The position numbers were made by a program, and so were the translations under genes. DNA of 64,000 nucleotides from the NCBI GenBank assembly GCA_964234715.1, contig OZ174285.1. The stretch is one strand, 5' to 3'. Source of the stretch: Podarcis melisellensis. Its lineage: Eukaryota. Under the pieces are notes generated by a model that saw only the letters and a list, made by a program, of their open reading frames with translations, had not been told where the DNA came from and ran no database searches. Within the stretch, counting starts at the first letter, position 1. Each line of letters begins with the position of its first letter. Below are positions 47,201-60,250 of this stretch, piece by piece.

Positions 47201-50200
47201 TTCTGTTACCCAAGGTTCCCTAAGAAGCATTTATTTATGAAAAATGATTGCAAATAAATGTTGGTAGCATTCATATTCCATATGTTTAGGTGTAGGGTAT
47301 GATTTAGCCAAAGTGAAGTTCTTTTAAGTCATATTGATGTCACAAGGAGAGCTAATCAAATGCCTTTTCACTATTTTAACTATCATGACCAAAAAGTTCT
47401 AAGTAGCTCTGTGATTCTGTAAAATTGCCATATTAATATGACCCTACCTAACAGGAATCTAGTTGCAAAGAACAATAATATTAATATATTAATAACCCTG
47501 GCTACATGCAGAGGAAATGTGCAGCCATGTGCTGGGTTACATAATAATGTGGGCTGATCAAAATAGATATGACAGTTACGTGGAGTGAGCCTATTTTGTT
47601 GTGTGTCTGTTTCTACATATAACCTTGCATGCATTAGCACACTTGCACATCTACAAACTTTCCTCTTTTCACATGTTTTTCGTGTGAAACATCCTTTCAC
47701 ATATTTAAAAGTACCATTGGTCCAGTGATATTAAACCGTATTACATTGCAATTGGAGTTATGTCAGCTCCAGAATTTAAAGTCAACTGTGTCCTTGGGGT
47801 GTTTGTTTGTTTGTTTGTTTTTTGGTGTGTAGGTCAGCACTGTTGCTTGAACCGTCTGGGGCTGTTCGTTCTGCAGGGAGCTTTGCTGCTTTCTGCTTCT
47901 AGTCTAGCATGCTGTGGTCTGGTTTGCAGAGGCTGATCTGTTTCAGGTCTACCGGTACTTGGTTGGTTTCGTTTTCCTTCCTTTTGATCAGGATATCAAG
48001 CTCCCCAATGTGTCTTTGCATGACACAGAAGGTGAAACACCCAGAGAAACACCATTGGAAGTATTGAGTTGAGGGCCAACAAGACCTGTTTGATTGCTAT
48101 AGCCAATTCAGAGGAAACATAGCCAGAATTGAATGGAGCCAAAACTAGAGTATATTCAGGGTGGTAGGGAATTGAAGTTAGCATGAACCTAGAAGACAGC
48201 CAAGGGAGAGGGATGACTGTGAAGCACCAGGTCCCACCTGCCCCTGAGGTTTGGCTGGCCAGACCTTTAGTGTGGCGGGCCCTGCCTTATGAAACCCCTT
48301 CTTGATAGAGGTTTGGCAGGAATCATTCCCAATCATTGTAGACATCTTTAAAAGAAAAAGATAAACCTGTGTTAATTAAGCAGGCCCTTAAAAACCGAGA
48401 TCTTTAAAACCTGAGACCTGCAGCTCACACTTGCCATTATAACCAGTTCAGGGTGGGGAGCTTCATCCTTCTTATTCTCACACAGTGAAGATGAGGATGG
48501 GGACAAAGCTAGAATACGTTGGTTCTGCCTGTCAATTGGACCTGGCTCCACCCACTGTTGGGTTCCCTGCCTCCCATCCTCCCTGTTCCAGTGGGCATCA
48601 GTCACCACTGTTTCTAACTATATAATTACATGATTTCAATGTATTCTGCATATTTCAATTGCAATTATATCTGTTGTGTTGGGATGGATATGGGCATCTA
48701 AGCAACTTATGTGTCATGTTGTCTGCTGCCTATTTCTGTTGCATTTGTTATGTGTATACTATGATGCTTGCATTCTGGCAGGAGGAAATGATATATGGTC
48801 TGAATGCTGTCATACAAATAATTCTGTCTTGCTTTTTTGTCAATAAATACCTTGCAAAGCAGAAAGGGAAGAGGGTTCTTGAGCCATATTGTGTAATTTA
48901 TGGCTAAACAGTAAGCACAATAAAGAAACTCGTGTGTAATATGTGAGACTATCTTATCTGTGCTCTTAAGTGTCATCTATATTCGTATAATAATCATGGA
49001 TCAGCACCAGGAATTAGGTTCTTTCAATATCTTCCACTGCTATGTGTCATATACATCTGTGACAAGTGACATTACAGAAGGTCATGTCACTTTTAACTGC
49101 TTGCATTAGAGCTTTCTGATTTCCCCGGTGCCTTTCCTTTGTTTGATTAATAATGCTGGATTTCAAGCAAGGTTGCAGACAGCAAAATTTAAAGCACAGA
49201 TTCTGAAGCAATGTTAAGCATTCCCCCCCCCCCACTACATAAACCTTAAGTAAAATACTGTTTCCTTAATGTTTGCCCTATAATATATATATATATATTA
49301 CTATTTAGATGCTATGCCATCCAAAGGTCTGAGAAGGAACAGCAATGCCTTATAAAGCAAAGCTGAAATGATCCTAAATAACTACAGAATAAATACAGTT
49401 GAAATGTATATGCTGCAGAATAAACTTTCTCTCCAAAAGTCGGCTGCATTACTTGCATTGCCCCCAATAACACATGAGTTATTTGAACAGAAAGATAGAA
49501 CCAAAGACAGAGGGTGGAGGGAGTGTTGTTCTCTCACCCCTGAGAACCACACTTTGGTTCCTGCAACACCTTCAGGTGATCCTTTGAATCGACAATGAAA
49601 ATGAAACATTGATGGCCTGCTCCAGCACAAACAGTAGCAGAAGCTACATTAACACTCATATTTTTGGCACTCCTCCTGTGCTGCTCTTTTCAACTTATAA
49701 GGATAAAAGGAAGTATTGCTGTTTAGTGGGAAAGCATTGCTAGGAAAGGGATGGGGGGAAACTTTTAAAAAAAAACACAAGTAAAAATAATGGTCTCTAA
49801 AAAGTATTTGTATAAGTTCTTCACACAACTCGATAGACTTCCAAACTGCAGTTCACATAGAAACCTAGCATATACGGGCTTCAGTAGTGTGTGGTCAGTG
49901 GACTAGGGGGACTAGGCTAGTCCCCTAAATGTTCCCCTGGCACTTCCTTCCCACAGCCTGGGAAGTTTCTGTCTGGCTTAGGGAGGAAGATGCGATGCCT
50001 CTGGCCTGAACTGTTCCCCTATGGGAAATTTCACTGCATGCTGCTGAAGGGCTTCTGCCTTACTTTCTCCATGACATGTTCATGAATTCCATTTCCTGTT
50101 AAGGACAAGCCAGAAATATATTTTCTGATTCTAGCAAGACCTTCCCATCACCACTTATGCCCTTCCACTTCTCAGCAATATGGGGAGAGATGGCTGGGAA

Positions 50201-51859
50201 AGAGAAACTAATAGGATAGAGGCAGGCATACTTCATTTAGTTTTTTTTTTTTTTGCTTTCATCAAGAGTAGTTGGTAGGAAATGATCAAGGTTACCTACC
50301 CCCACAGTATTATCAAGGAAAGGGTAAAAAGACCAAATAGATTTTCAATGAGAGTTTGCTCATCACAAATAATGACCAATTTGGGATGGAGATTATTCAT
50401 TGCCACAATTTATTTCTAAAAGGGGAAATACTTATTTCCACCGTCTGCCCCTTCTCTAGCCTACACGGTGTATATCCATTCTCTTACAAGCCTTAGCAGT
50501 CACCCCCCCCCCCCCGGCAGCTATTTAATAGGGATAACTACTCACAAAGACTAGTCAGCTTAATAGGCAAACTTCTCTATCATCAAATCACATAGATGGC
50601 CCTGTTTATAATCTGTTCTGAGAAAATGGCTAGGATTAATCTCATGTGTAGAAGCAACCTATGGTACAGATTTTCCTGAATCTTATACCTAGGTAATAGT
50701 TACTTTGAATATTTTTAAAAAGCCTTCTTACACATAGAATTTAAGAAACCAGGGTATTTTGCATGGTTATTGTTAGTAGTATTTATTCATCTTTGTATCA
50801 CAGGTCCATATCAGATATATCTGTGCCCTGCATAATATTTCAATTGGAATCCAAAACAATGAAAACAAAACAATTTTGAGGCAAAATACATTAAAGAAAT
50901 AACCCTAGCCTTCTGCATACAGTGTATTGTTCATGTGAGAGTGTTGTGATCACCTACCTTAAATCTAAACTGTGTTACAAGAGTTAAGCATGCAAAGGCT
51001 TTTGGTACATATTGGCTGTTAATACATATATCAGAAGTCATGATAAGTCATAAAACAAGCCATAGAGAATTTCTGGTTTGCACATTTCCCAGCCCTTCAT
51101 TCATCTCCCCATTTCCTACAGCCAGGAGGATGTGTTTGGGCTCTTTCACTTCCCCTTTTGATCAACTACAGCATGTTACTTAGTTCAGACTTGGAATTGT
51201 GCTTAAATTTTACTATGGTAGCTTCCAGTAGCTATAGTTCGAAGATGGTTTGAAATAACCATATTAATCTTAACCGCAATTTGTTCGTCTTGATAGTATG
51301 GCAAAGCACAGTTAAGTAAAACCAAATGCAGCAGTTTCTGGATAAGCAGGAGGAGGGAAGAAGGGAGTGAATGAGCCTGATGCTCACTGCAGCTTGTTGC
51401 CACAACAGACCGTCAGTCATGGCCATATGGCCATAGTGTGATCATGCAAAATATGGTTGCAAACTGTCTAGTAACTGCAGTAATACTATAAATAATACAG
51501 TGTCAACATGCAAATAGTGTCCTGTTAAGTGAAGGTCGCAATCTTTCAGTGGTTGAAAGATTGTTTCTTCAATTCCATTTCTATACTTCTCAATGTGTGT
51601 CTTTTGTATATCTTAGTGCTCTAACACTCAGTTAAGGAGTCTTTGTCCTTGGACTCCTTACCTTCAGGGACCACCTTTTACTTTGTTTTTGGTCTGCTAC
51701 ATTCGTACAGCTTGCTTTTTACAATGATGTTAGTTTCCACCCAATCATGGCAAATCTCCTTTCAGTTCAAGGATCAATTGCTTGGCAGGGATATGAGAGT
51801 CCTGGAAAGAAGATCACAGCTGCTTCACTCCTTTCTGGTTGCTTTGCTCTTGGGCTGTG

Positions 51860-52125
51860 CTGACATAAGCCATAGTTTGCCTTAGTGTGCCATCAAAATC
51901 CTAGTTTTGGCTCTAAACATGAGACATAATGAAGGTTTGTCCTATACAGGTTACTGCTAATGGTTTGTTCCGAAGAACTAAACCACAAGTCTGGGTTCAA
52001 ATGACATGCTAAACCAAACTATGAATTAGCTGAGTGCCAAACAGCAGCAAAGTGATGAGTGCAGACTCGGTGTGCACATTCATAACGAGCCATGCTTTTT
52101 TCTTAACATAGCATTCAAATCAGGG
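51860..52125. mobile_element. Decayed relative of the 3604-4077 element
   Basis: Shared motifs taagccatagtttg and aaaccaaactatg. Another piece lies at about 56865-57000. Confidence 0.5.
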
Positions 52126-52323
52126 CACCATCTTGATGGGATTGCATACAGGACAAAGCTTTTCAGAGTATTACCATAGTGTGAATCTGTAGGTTAAATT
52201 TTCCTGTTGTGCATTTATTTGGAAATATTTAATAAAGATTTCCAACCACGGAAGGCTTAATGATTTGGCAGAACAAAAACTACCTTGTTGACTCATGACA
52301 ACTACTCCTGTTTGTGTCTGCAG

Positions 52324-52377
52324 GTAGTGGAGGACATGCTAGAGGACGAGGAAGAAGAGGATGACAGAGATGACAAG
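52324..52377 (+). CDS. MCTP1: MCTP1 exon, acidic stretch: VVEDMLEDEEEEDDRDDK
   Basis: Acceptor tgtttgtgtctgcag, donor gtaatt at 52378, 54 nt, phase 0-0. The next expected exon (DSEKKG...) was not found before 64000. Confidence 0.96.
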
Positions 52378-55279
52378 GTAATTATCTTTCCTAGCACTTG
52401 GGTACCTGGGGATGGGAGAATTTAGACATGACACTGTTCTTGCAGACAGTTAAAAAGGAGCTGAAGTGTTTTTAGTCCAGAAAATTGGACAGAGCTGTTT
52501 ATCATCCTAACAATGCCAGTGTATATTGTAGGAAGGGAAAGAGGACTATAAATCCTCCCTTTTTTGTCCAGAGCTGGGTCAATTTTTTTTCCTCCTACCA
52601 GGAACAAAAATAATTCAGCTTGTCTGGAACTTGATAGCTGTTGTGAAGATAACTGCAGTGACAACTGTTTTTGAAGGACAAAAATTTGTCCTGTCTTGAG
52701 TATTACAAATAGGGCTGTACTTACTTGTGGGAAGAAATGTTGTAAAAATAGAAAAGCCACACTGTTTGAAGGTGGTCTATTGCCATCTATAATTTTCTGA
52801 GAATTACTTGGCAGAAGAATGTTTGGTTCGTGTTTCACTCCATATGATATTTAAATAATCACAATTCTCATGGGCCTCTTACAGATGGATTTGGGATTGG
52901 TGTTGTGCAGCCCAGCATCAACCTAAGGGACTATGGTAGCTCTTTTAGCTCTTGAGAATGTTGCTCAGTTCCTAGGTTGCTGGTCAGGTCGAGGATTTGC
53001 CACCACAGTAAATAACAGCTAGTTTATACAGGTTATTGAAGCAAGCAATAGGACTGCATGGTCGTCCCTAGAGGGGAGGGAAGAGGCACAGAGAGGAAAT
53101 TAGAATGACCTTGTAAGAGTGAAGCAATGGCATTAGTTGGCAGGACTGGTTTGTGGGGAAGTAAAAGTACAGCAAGATAAATGTTTTGTTGTGTTTTAAG
53201 TTTTGAAATGAGGGCATTTATAGAGAAAAGTATTCAGATTCTTTTAAAGCACTTCACGTTAAATACAGAAAACATTGACCTTTACGAACGTTCTTGTACT
53301 TCTGTTGTAATAAAGCACTGACTTTTTTTAAGGCTAGAGAAAGAAAAAGTATCTTAATTTATGCCCTTGACCTTTGTTGCTAGTAGAGATGTACAGTTCT
53401 GTACCGCTATAAGAATTCGTAGGCTGGCAGCTACTAAACATTTCAAGTGTCAGAAAATTCACTGTGATTAGTTAGCCCTTTGAACAATTAAGGTCTGTGT
53501 TTTGAAAGATGAAAATTTGGACTATTTCCTTATTATCTTAACATTCAAGAGACAGAGACAGCATTTTTTTTCTTGTACACATTTAAATCATTTTGATACA
53601 AGCTGCAATCATGAAATAACGTCATACCTAAATTTTCTTTGTGCAAAGCCACGTGTGCTTTCTTTCAGTAGTGTATATGTCTGGCAACAGAATATGTGAT
53701 TTATTGTGAAGGTCAGCCATGTAGATGTAGTGAGCTTGTATATTAACTCAAAAGCATTTCTCCTCTGATAAACGTAGGTCTGCTATCCATTTGTGAGTAT
53801 TTTCCTCCTCTTATTCATATTTCATTATAATTATAGCATATTATATGGGAATGTCCAGTAATTTTTGTATCCATAGAAATATCTGCAACACCTGTAAAAT
53901 GTATACACATAAGTACTTCTAATATACCCTTTGTTTAAATAAATCTTAGCTACTTAGTAATTAAGGAATTGACCCATTCTTTTTGTTACTAAGTAATCAA
54001 GAAAAGTATTTTATTGTCTTGTGTAAATTACTTAACAAGCAAAGCATACTAAGCTAAAAATAGCATACTATCTGGAACGGTATTTGGCAGTCTGAATCCA
54101 ACAAAATGGTTCCAAAATACTTATTGAATATAACTACTCAAACCATGAAGATATGAATTCCCTGCTATTTATTCTTATAGGAAAACGTTTAGACTGAATA
54201 TTCACAATATAATGTTCATAAGTGTCTGGGTTTATGTAACACTATAGTTTGATGCAAATAATGTACACAGGATTATTTTGCAAAGCATTCCTAGAGACTA
54301 GACACTGTATTTTTGGAAGACAACCTTTACATTTGCAGAATTTTAGAAGGATTAGTTTTAGTTCTCCTCCATACCCTAAACTAGACTTGTATTGCATGGA
54401 TAATTGTGTATAATACACAACAAGAGTGAATTCACACATTTTAACGGTGTGTATAATACAGTTTTGAGAGAAAACAAATGTAAATTCTGCAGTGTTGATT
54501 GATGCTGACCTCTAGCTCTCATTACTTTTCTGTTTTCTCATTTGGTAAAATAGCAAAGTGAGGTCAGTGGGTCCCCTTATAGAATAAAAGTCAAAAGATT
54601 AATAAATGTGCCAAAGCCTCACTTTAATTGAAGCTGAAGCATATGTTGCAAGCATATAAAATATGTCCCAGATGTTTGACCATGCCAAGTAACTTAGTTT
54701 CCCCCGATTACCACAAGGCAACTATTAGTCCAGTAACCTTTGGACTTGGGGGTAAATAGGGTATTACATGGCAGACAACAAGAGCACCTGTTTTCCATTC
54801 AATAAAGACCTTTGGCAAGCTTTGCCTAAACTGCGCCATATGTTTTCACTTAGCAGATAGTTGGGTGATTATGAAAAGTGTCTTTCCTCAGAACTGGTAT
54901 AGATATTTGCCTCTTACTCAAAACGAATGGATAACTCCTTGACTACTTCTAGAAAGCCTGTGTGGGCACTCTCTGCAATAGGTTTTTAGATGAAAAGGGT
55001 TTTCTCTCTGACGGCCCCAAAGAAACTGTAGATTTATGAGCAGAATAATTAACCTTTCTGTGATATATGTTTGTTAGTAGCCTATGAGGAGCTTTTAAGT
55101 GGCTGGAGAAGTGTAGTTCTTGCCCACTTCAGTATTAATTGCATTACATTGTTCTGACTTGCTCTTCCACTGATGTTCAAGTCATGTGCCATAGAACACT
55201 CTTACCTTGTTTGCTGTTATCCTGTTTAAAACATTCTAAATATTACAGTTGATATTCAGTTGGTTAAATTCAAATCAGT

Positions 55280-55391
55280 GGGTGATAGCCAGTGTCAGTC
55301 ATACTCAGAGTAGATCCATGGAAATAAATTGAGTTAAGTCTGTTCATTTTGACAGGCCTACTCTGAGTATTACTAACATTGGATATAACCC
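55280..55391. mobile_element. 112-bp palindromic Harbinger-like MITE
   Basis: gggtgatagccagtgtcagtcatactcagagtag pairs with ctactctgagtattactaacattggatataaccc. Confidence 0.8.
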
Positions 55392-56626
55392 AATATGTAA
55401 AACTCAATACTGCTAGACTAAGCCCCAAATGTTGCAGAATTCCAATTTCCTACATATGTAGCTACCGCTTGTTCTGCAAATTCCTCCCTCTGATCACCTA
55501 TTCCAGCTGTGCCTGCAGCTTGAACTAAGGGGTGTGATCAGCTCTGCTAGTGTTTAGTCAGACAGTCAAATAATTTGAAACTCCAGATCACCTCATCAAT
55601 GTAAGAATACGTGCCTGCCTGTGTGATGGTAAAGGCCATCACCTACTTGAATCTGGTTGAATCTGGAATCCTTCAGAAATGACAGGATGAAAAAATCAGA
55701 TGCAATAAAAGATAACAGAAAAATTGTTTGGTTTCCATAACCCCTTGGTCCAAACAAGCTACTCTCATAACTTTGACTTTCCCAGTATGTACTTAAATTG
55801 GTGCTGGTTTTACTTGGGACAGTCAGGAATTAATCATGCCCATCTTCAAAGCCATGTCTCCTCACAAATTTTACAACCCTGTTTCTAGGGGCTGTCACTC
55901 AAATTAAAAATGTCTTGTTTCTTGTGTTAAATGCAGAATTAGCCATATTAACATTTTCTTCAAAGTGTTAATAACTAAAAGACACTCTAAGCATCACTTT
56001 TGAAAGCAGCCTTGATCGTTCCTGATCTCACATTAAGGCAATTGACATCAAAAGCAGCACTGTTTGGTTCTGAATTAACTTGCAGTAGCCATTCTGAGTT
56101 CAGCATTGAGAGATCACATTTGGACTTGTGTTAGTCTCTCTGGGACTGTGGGTTTGCAAACTATTGAATACATTACTCTGATTCTTGCAAGGAGCTTTCT
56201 CTCTCTCGTCAAATATAATATACATAACAGTGATCAATTTATTGAGTATTCCAAGTATGACGCTAGTCATATTGAAGGCAGTTCTTATTAACTTTATTAA
56301 CTGTTTAGGAACATAAACTAAATTAGATTTCTCTCTTTACTAAAATGCCCCTGGATTTAGGGAACTTGTTACTTAAATGTATAGATAAATGTTCTAAGAA
56401 TGGGTTTACAAAATAACACAATGGAAATATATTTGCTGGGAATTTCTGAATCTAATGAGGTTATGTAATTATTTATTATAGAATTAAACATTTCAATTAC
56501 TGTATGTCCAAGCTCTGGACAAGGACATTTTAAAACTATAGCCCAGGAATATTAAAGAGAATATTAAAAATGAACTGCTTCTTAAAAATAATGCTCTGCC
56601 CATCTCTAGTCACGATAATGCTTGCT

Positions 56627-56628
<2 letters not shown>

Positions 56629-56668
<40 letters not shown>
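56629..56668 (+). repeat. (AC)20 microsatellite
   Basis: Read directly. Confidence 0.97.
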
Positions 56669-56670
<2 letters not shown>

Positions 56671-57117
56671 TCAGTGCCAAGCTTGCCCTTGTTTGCTTTC
56701 TTTCCCATCAATAATTTTGTATGGATAGTGATAGATTTTTAACGTTGCATTCTGACACTTTTGCTAAAGGTACACATTTCCGACAATTTCAGATGTCCGC
56801 TTATGTCCTTAGTTGGCACTTAAGTTCCATATTCCAAGTGATCAGCTTTCTGATATATAAGCACAGTGGCTTAGTTCAAATGTGATGCTAACCCAAATTA
56901 TGGTCTAGCACAAGAATGCAAGCATGTAGAGAGATCGCTGCCACTTTGTTCCCCTCTGACAGTTTTGCTGCCACGCTGAACTAAGCCATGGTTTGGTTTG
57001 GGGTGAAAAGGAGTCCTTCTGTGGAATGTATTTGTTCATACCTCCTAGGAACCTTCCACTAACCAGCTCCACCCATTATATCTGAGTTTCTGGCTTGCAG
57101 ATGGGCCTGAGCTTATA

Positions 57118-57426
57118 CAGGACACCTTGTTCTTTACAGATATTGCTCTTTACGAGGGCACGGGTGCAGCTGTGGACAGCTCAGCTGCTTCCAGGGAAAG
57201 GAAGCCTCCTGCTGCCATCGCCCCTCTTCTGACCTGGCTAGGGCTAGAGCTTTGTCCCCCCCCCCTGCAGCCAGCTAGCCTGGCTTAATAGACTATACTA
57301 TAGTGTAAACACAACTTTTATATGCACTGGGAAACTTTTAAAAAATGGTGCGACTCACTTTATTGCTATACTTGTTTTATTGCGGTCGTCTGGAACCAAA
57401 CCCGGCATATCTCCGAGGTATGCCTG
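57118..57426 (+). mobile_element. Tigger1-like (pogo superfamily) non-autonomous derivative
   Basis: TA on both flanks. 57284-57426 closely follows the recalled mammalian Tigger1 3' end (...ttattgcggtcgtctggaaccaaacccggcatatctccgaggtatgcctg). The 5' end caggacaccttgtt...cagatattgc is degenerate. Confidence 0.85.
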
Positions 57427-59999
57427 TACATTTTTCTTTTCGGAAATTAGCCATTGGCTATATAGGTGTAATTCATGCTGGTGAACAACCAAGATGTTAG
57501 AACTAATGGCCATGAAGATTAATGGGAAAGGAAAATTAGATTTGGTCTTGAGAATTTTCCTTCTGTGAAGTTTTATTTGTTTAACTGTGCTATATTCTTT
57601 GGCTTTCTTACTCTTCCAAATAGGGTCATATGCTGGAAGATTAGTAATAACTGCTTCCATGCAAGCTAATTCTGTGGTGGTTCCGCATTGTGGAAAAAAG
57701 TGTTTTCTGGTTATTCTTGGAAGCTACATATCTCATGACATTTTAACTGGCAGGGACTAATTTAATTTGTTTGGGTGTAGTATTTTTTTCAAAAAATGGT
57801 CACTCTGATTCCATAACGTTAATCACTCTGCCTAATAAATGGTGAGTGCCAACAGGATTGAAGCTCAGTTGAGACCACAGACAAACAAGAGGGCAAAACC
57901 ATTGAGGACTGAGTACGTTCGGTAACCACAGAATATTAGAATGGCAGCAAGGAAGTTCAGAAATGGTTCTGTGACCAGCCAGGGGAGAATAGTGGAATGT
58001 CTTCCTTGGTGTGAACATCTGGTTAAAACCCGAAACAAGAGCATTCCTTTTAGTAAGAAGGATACACTGCGACATCTTGTTGTACGTCCCACTTGTTTCC
58101 TGCCTGTTTTTTCTGCAAAAATATTTGTGTTGACAGAGAAGATGCTTTGTTACTATACTCCTGAGAAAGAAAGAAAAAGGGAGGAATAACTTCTTAAAAT
58201 GTTAGTGTTGGTTTGACTTGGGGTCAAAATGGGTAGCAAGAAGAGCAGTTGTTGTTTTTTTTAAATGCTCATATATAAATATGTTCAAGGATGGATTATC
58301 AATGGCGCAGTTGCTGATGTTTTCAAGGGGCCCCAGGCTCTGACCTTACTTTTTTTAAAAAAAGGTGGTTAGGCAGCCCTCTCAGAAAGAAACTTAGGAG
58401 GCAGGCAGGTTCAGTCAGCCTCACCATTCTGCCTTTTTAACCAAGGAGTTTCTAATTAATCACATTAGTTTGTATTTCCTTTGTTTGGGATATGACACTT
58501 TCAGCGACTTCCACATTCTATATACAAGCAAGCACTATAGCCACTGAGGGAGGAAAGAAGTCATTCCTCTGTGTTTGTTCAACCACCTGCTGCCCCCAGA
58601 ACCGGAAAAGTGCAATTGCAAATGGATTCAGAATAACTGAAGAAGGGGACAGAACTTTTACATGTATGCTTGTAACTTCTGATCCCAGTTCAAAATAAGT
58701 GAAGGGAGTTCACTCATCTCTACCCAAAATGGCCTTGCTTACCATCAGTGGTATCTGCAAGACCTGGCAAGATGCTTTATGTGCATTTTTGAGGTGGTAT
58801 TTTTTTTTTAAAGTATCAATATGCGTAGAGGTAAGTTACAACACTGTTTCAGTTTCTATATTTTGCAGTGGCTATTTCCATTCACTACTCAGCATTGTGG
58901 AAGTTACTCCAAGAAGATATCCAATTCATATATTAATACTTCATTGGAATAATCAACAATTCTTTCTTTCTTTTTGAACAAATCAGTATAGTGTATATGC
59001 TTACACATTTCTTTGGGGTACATCATTCCCACTATTCTTTGGAAACATTCTTCTGAATATATACATTTGGATATATGAATTAGAAGATGAGCTATCTAGC
59101 CCTCTTGTATGGCTGGAGCACTTTTGTGAATAAGTAGGTTACATTTCTTAATCTTTTCAAGGGTTTTTCTTTTTAAGAGACTTTCCTTTTCAGTGTCGCA
59201 CCCTCCCCCACAAGTACATTTCTTCTGCTTTTGCCCTGTGGAAAGAAATTAGAACTGTGATTTGGTATGCTAAATTACCTGTACTAAAAACTGTAATTTG
59301 CAATATTAAGTCATCACTGTCATAGTTTTAGAGTTCTTTCCTCTTAAATCAGCCAGCCCTAATTACTTTTTTATTATTAAAGATGTTCATAGTGGCAATG
59401 AAGCTAGCTGAAAGTGTTAGTAACGTAAAGTGTATTGCCCACTTAAACCTATTCCAAACAAATTGTATCCTTTTTTGCATTATAAATCCATAATTTCAGT
59501 TTAAGCATTTCCCCCCCTCTTTTATCCTTTACCTTTCTAATGGTATCCAAGCATTATAATCTGATATCATGACATTGCATCAAGTTGGAGGGGTTAGTTA
59601 GACATTGGTATGTGTATTGAGCTCAGGATAATGCTATATAATGTACACGAATATGCAAAGCTTTTAATTCTACTTGGTGCTTTCCAGCAATCCCCTCTAT
59701 TGGCTGCATCACCCTTAAAACTGTTTTTGAGGGTAGGGGGGTCCTCTGAAATGAGATATTGCATTGGGAGCTGCAGTCAGTACGGGAGATTGCTGAAAAA
59801 TTGGTGCCTTGCCATTTGTGTGTGGAAGCTCTTTCTGCTAGCTCAAAACCACCCTTGGATACTACTAGAGCTGGACAAATATTTCAGTTTTAGTTTCTCC
59901 TAGCTTCTCACTTTTCAAGTTCAGTTCACCTTTCCAAAGCAGTCTGCAATAAAGAGGGGTTCTCATGAAAAATCAGCTACTTTAGTGCCTATTTCTTTA

Positions 60000-60250
60000 G
60001 AGCCAGTGTGGTGTAGTGGTTAAGAGCGGTAGTCACGTAATCTGGGGAACCGGGTTCGCGTCTCCGCTCCTCCACATGCAGCTGCTGGGTGACCTTGGGC
60101 CAGTCACACTTCTTTGAAGTCTTTCAGCCCCACTCACCTCACAGAGTGTTTGTTGTGGGGGAGGAAGGGAAAGGAGATTGTTAGCCACTTTGAGATTCCT
60201 GAGGGGGAGTGAAAGGCGGGATATCAAATCCAAACCCTTTTTCTTCTTTT
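60000..60250 (+). mobile_element. Full-length tRNA-derived SINE (CORE/MIR-like body, L2-type tail; lacertid Squam-type), inserted in an older hAT-like element (about 59865-60490)
   Basis: Pol III A box tggtgtagtgg (60009-60019), B box gggttcgcgtctcc (~60052-60065), core gggtgaccttgggccagtcac, tail gaaaggcgggatatcaaatc followed by (ttc)n. Confidence 0.9.

Noticed and set aside
47760-48610. Possible decayed LTR or Gypsy fragments (also 38750-39200 and 60500-60700)
   Set aside because: Composition is suggestive, but I could not define termini, a TSD or coding motifs.
60000-60075. tRNA gene
   Set aside because: The A/B boxes continue into a SINE core and tail, and no complete cloverleaf is evident.
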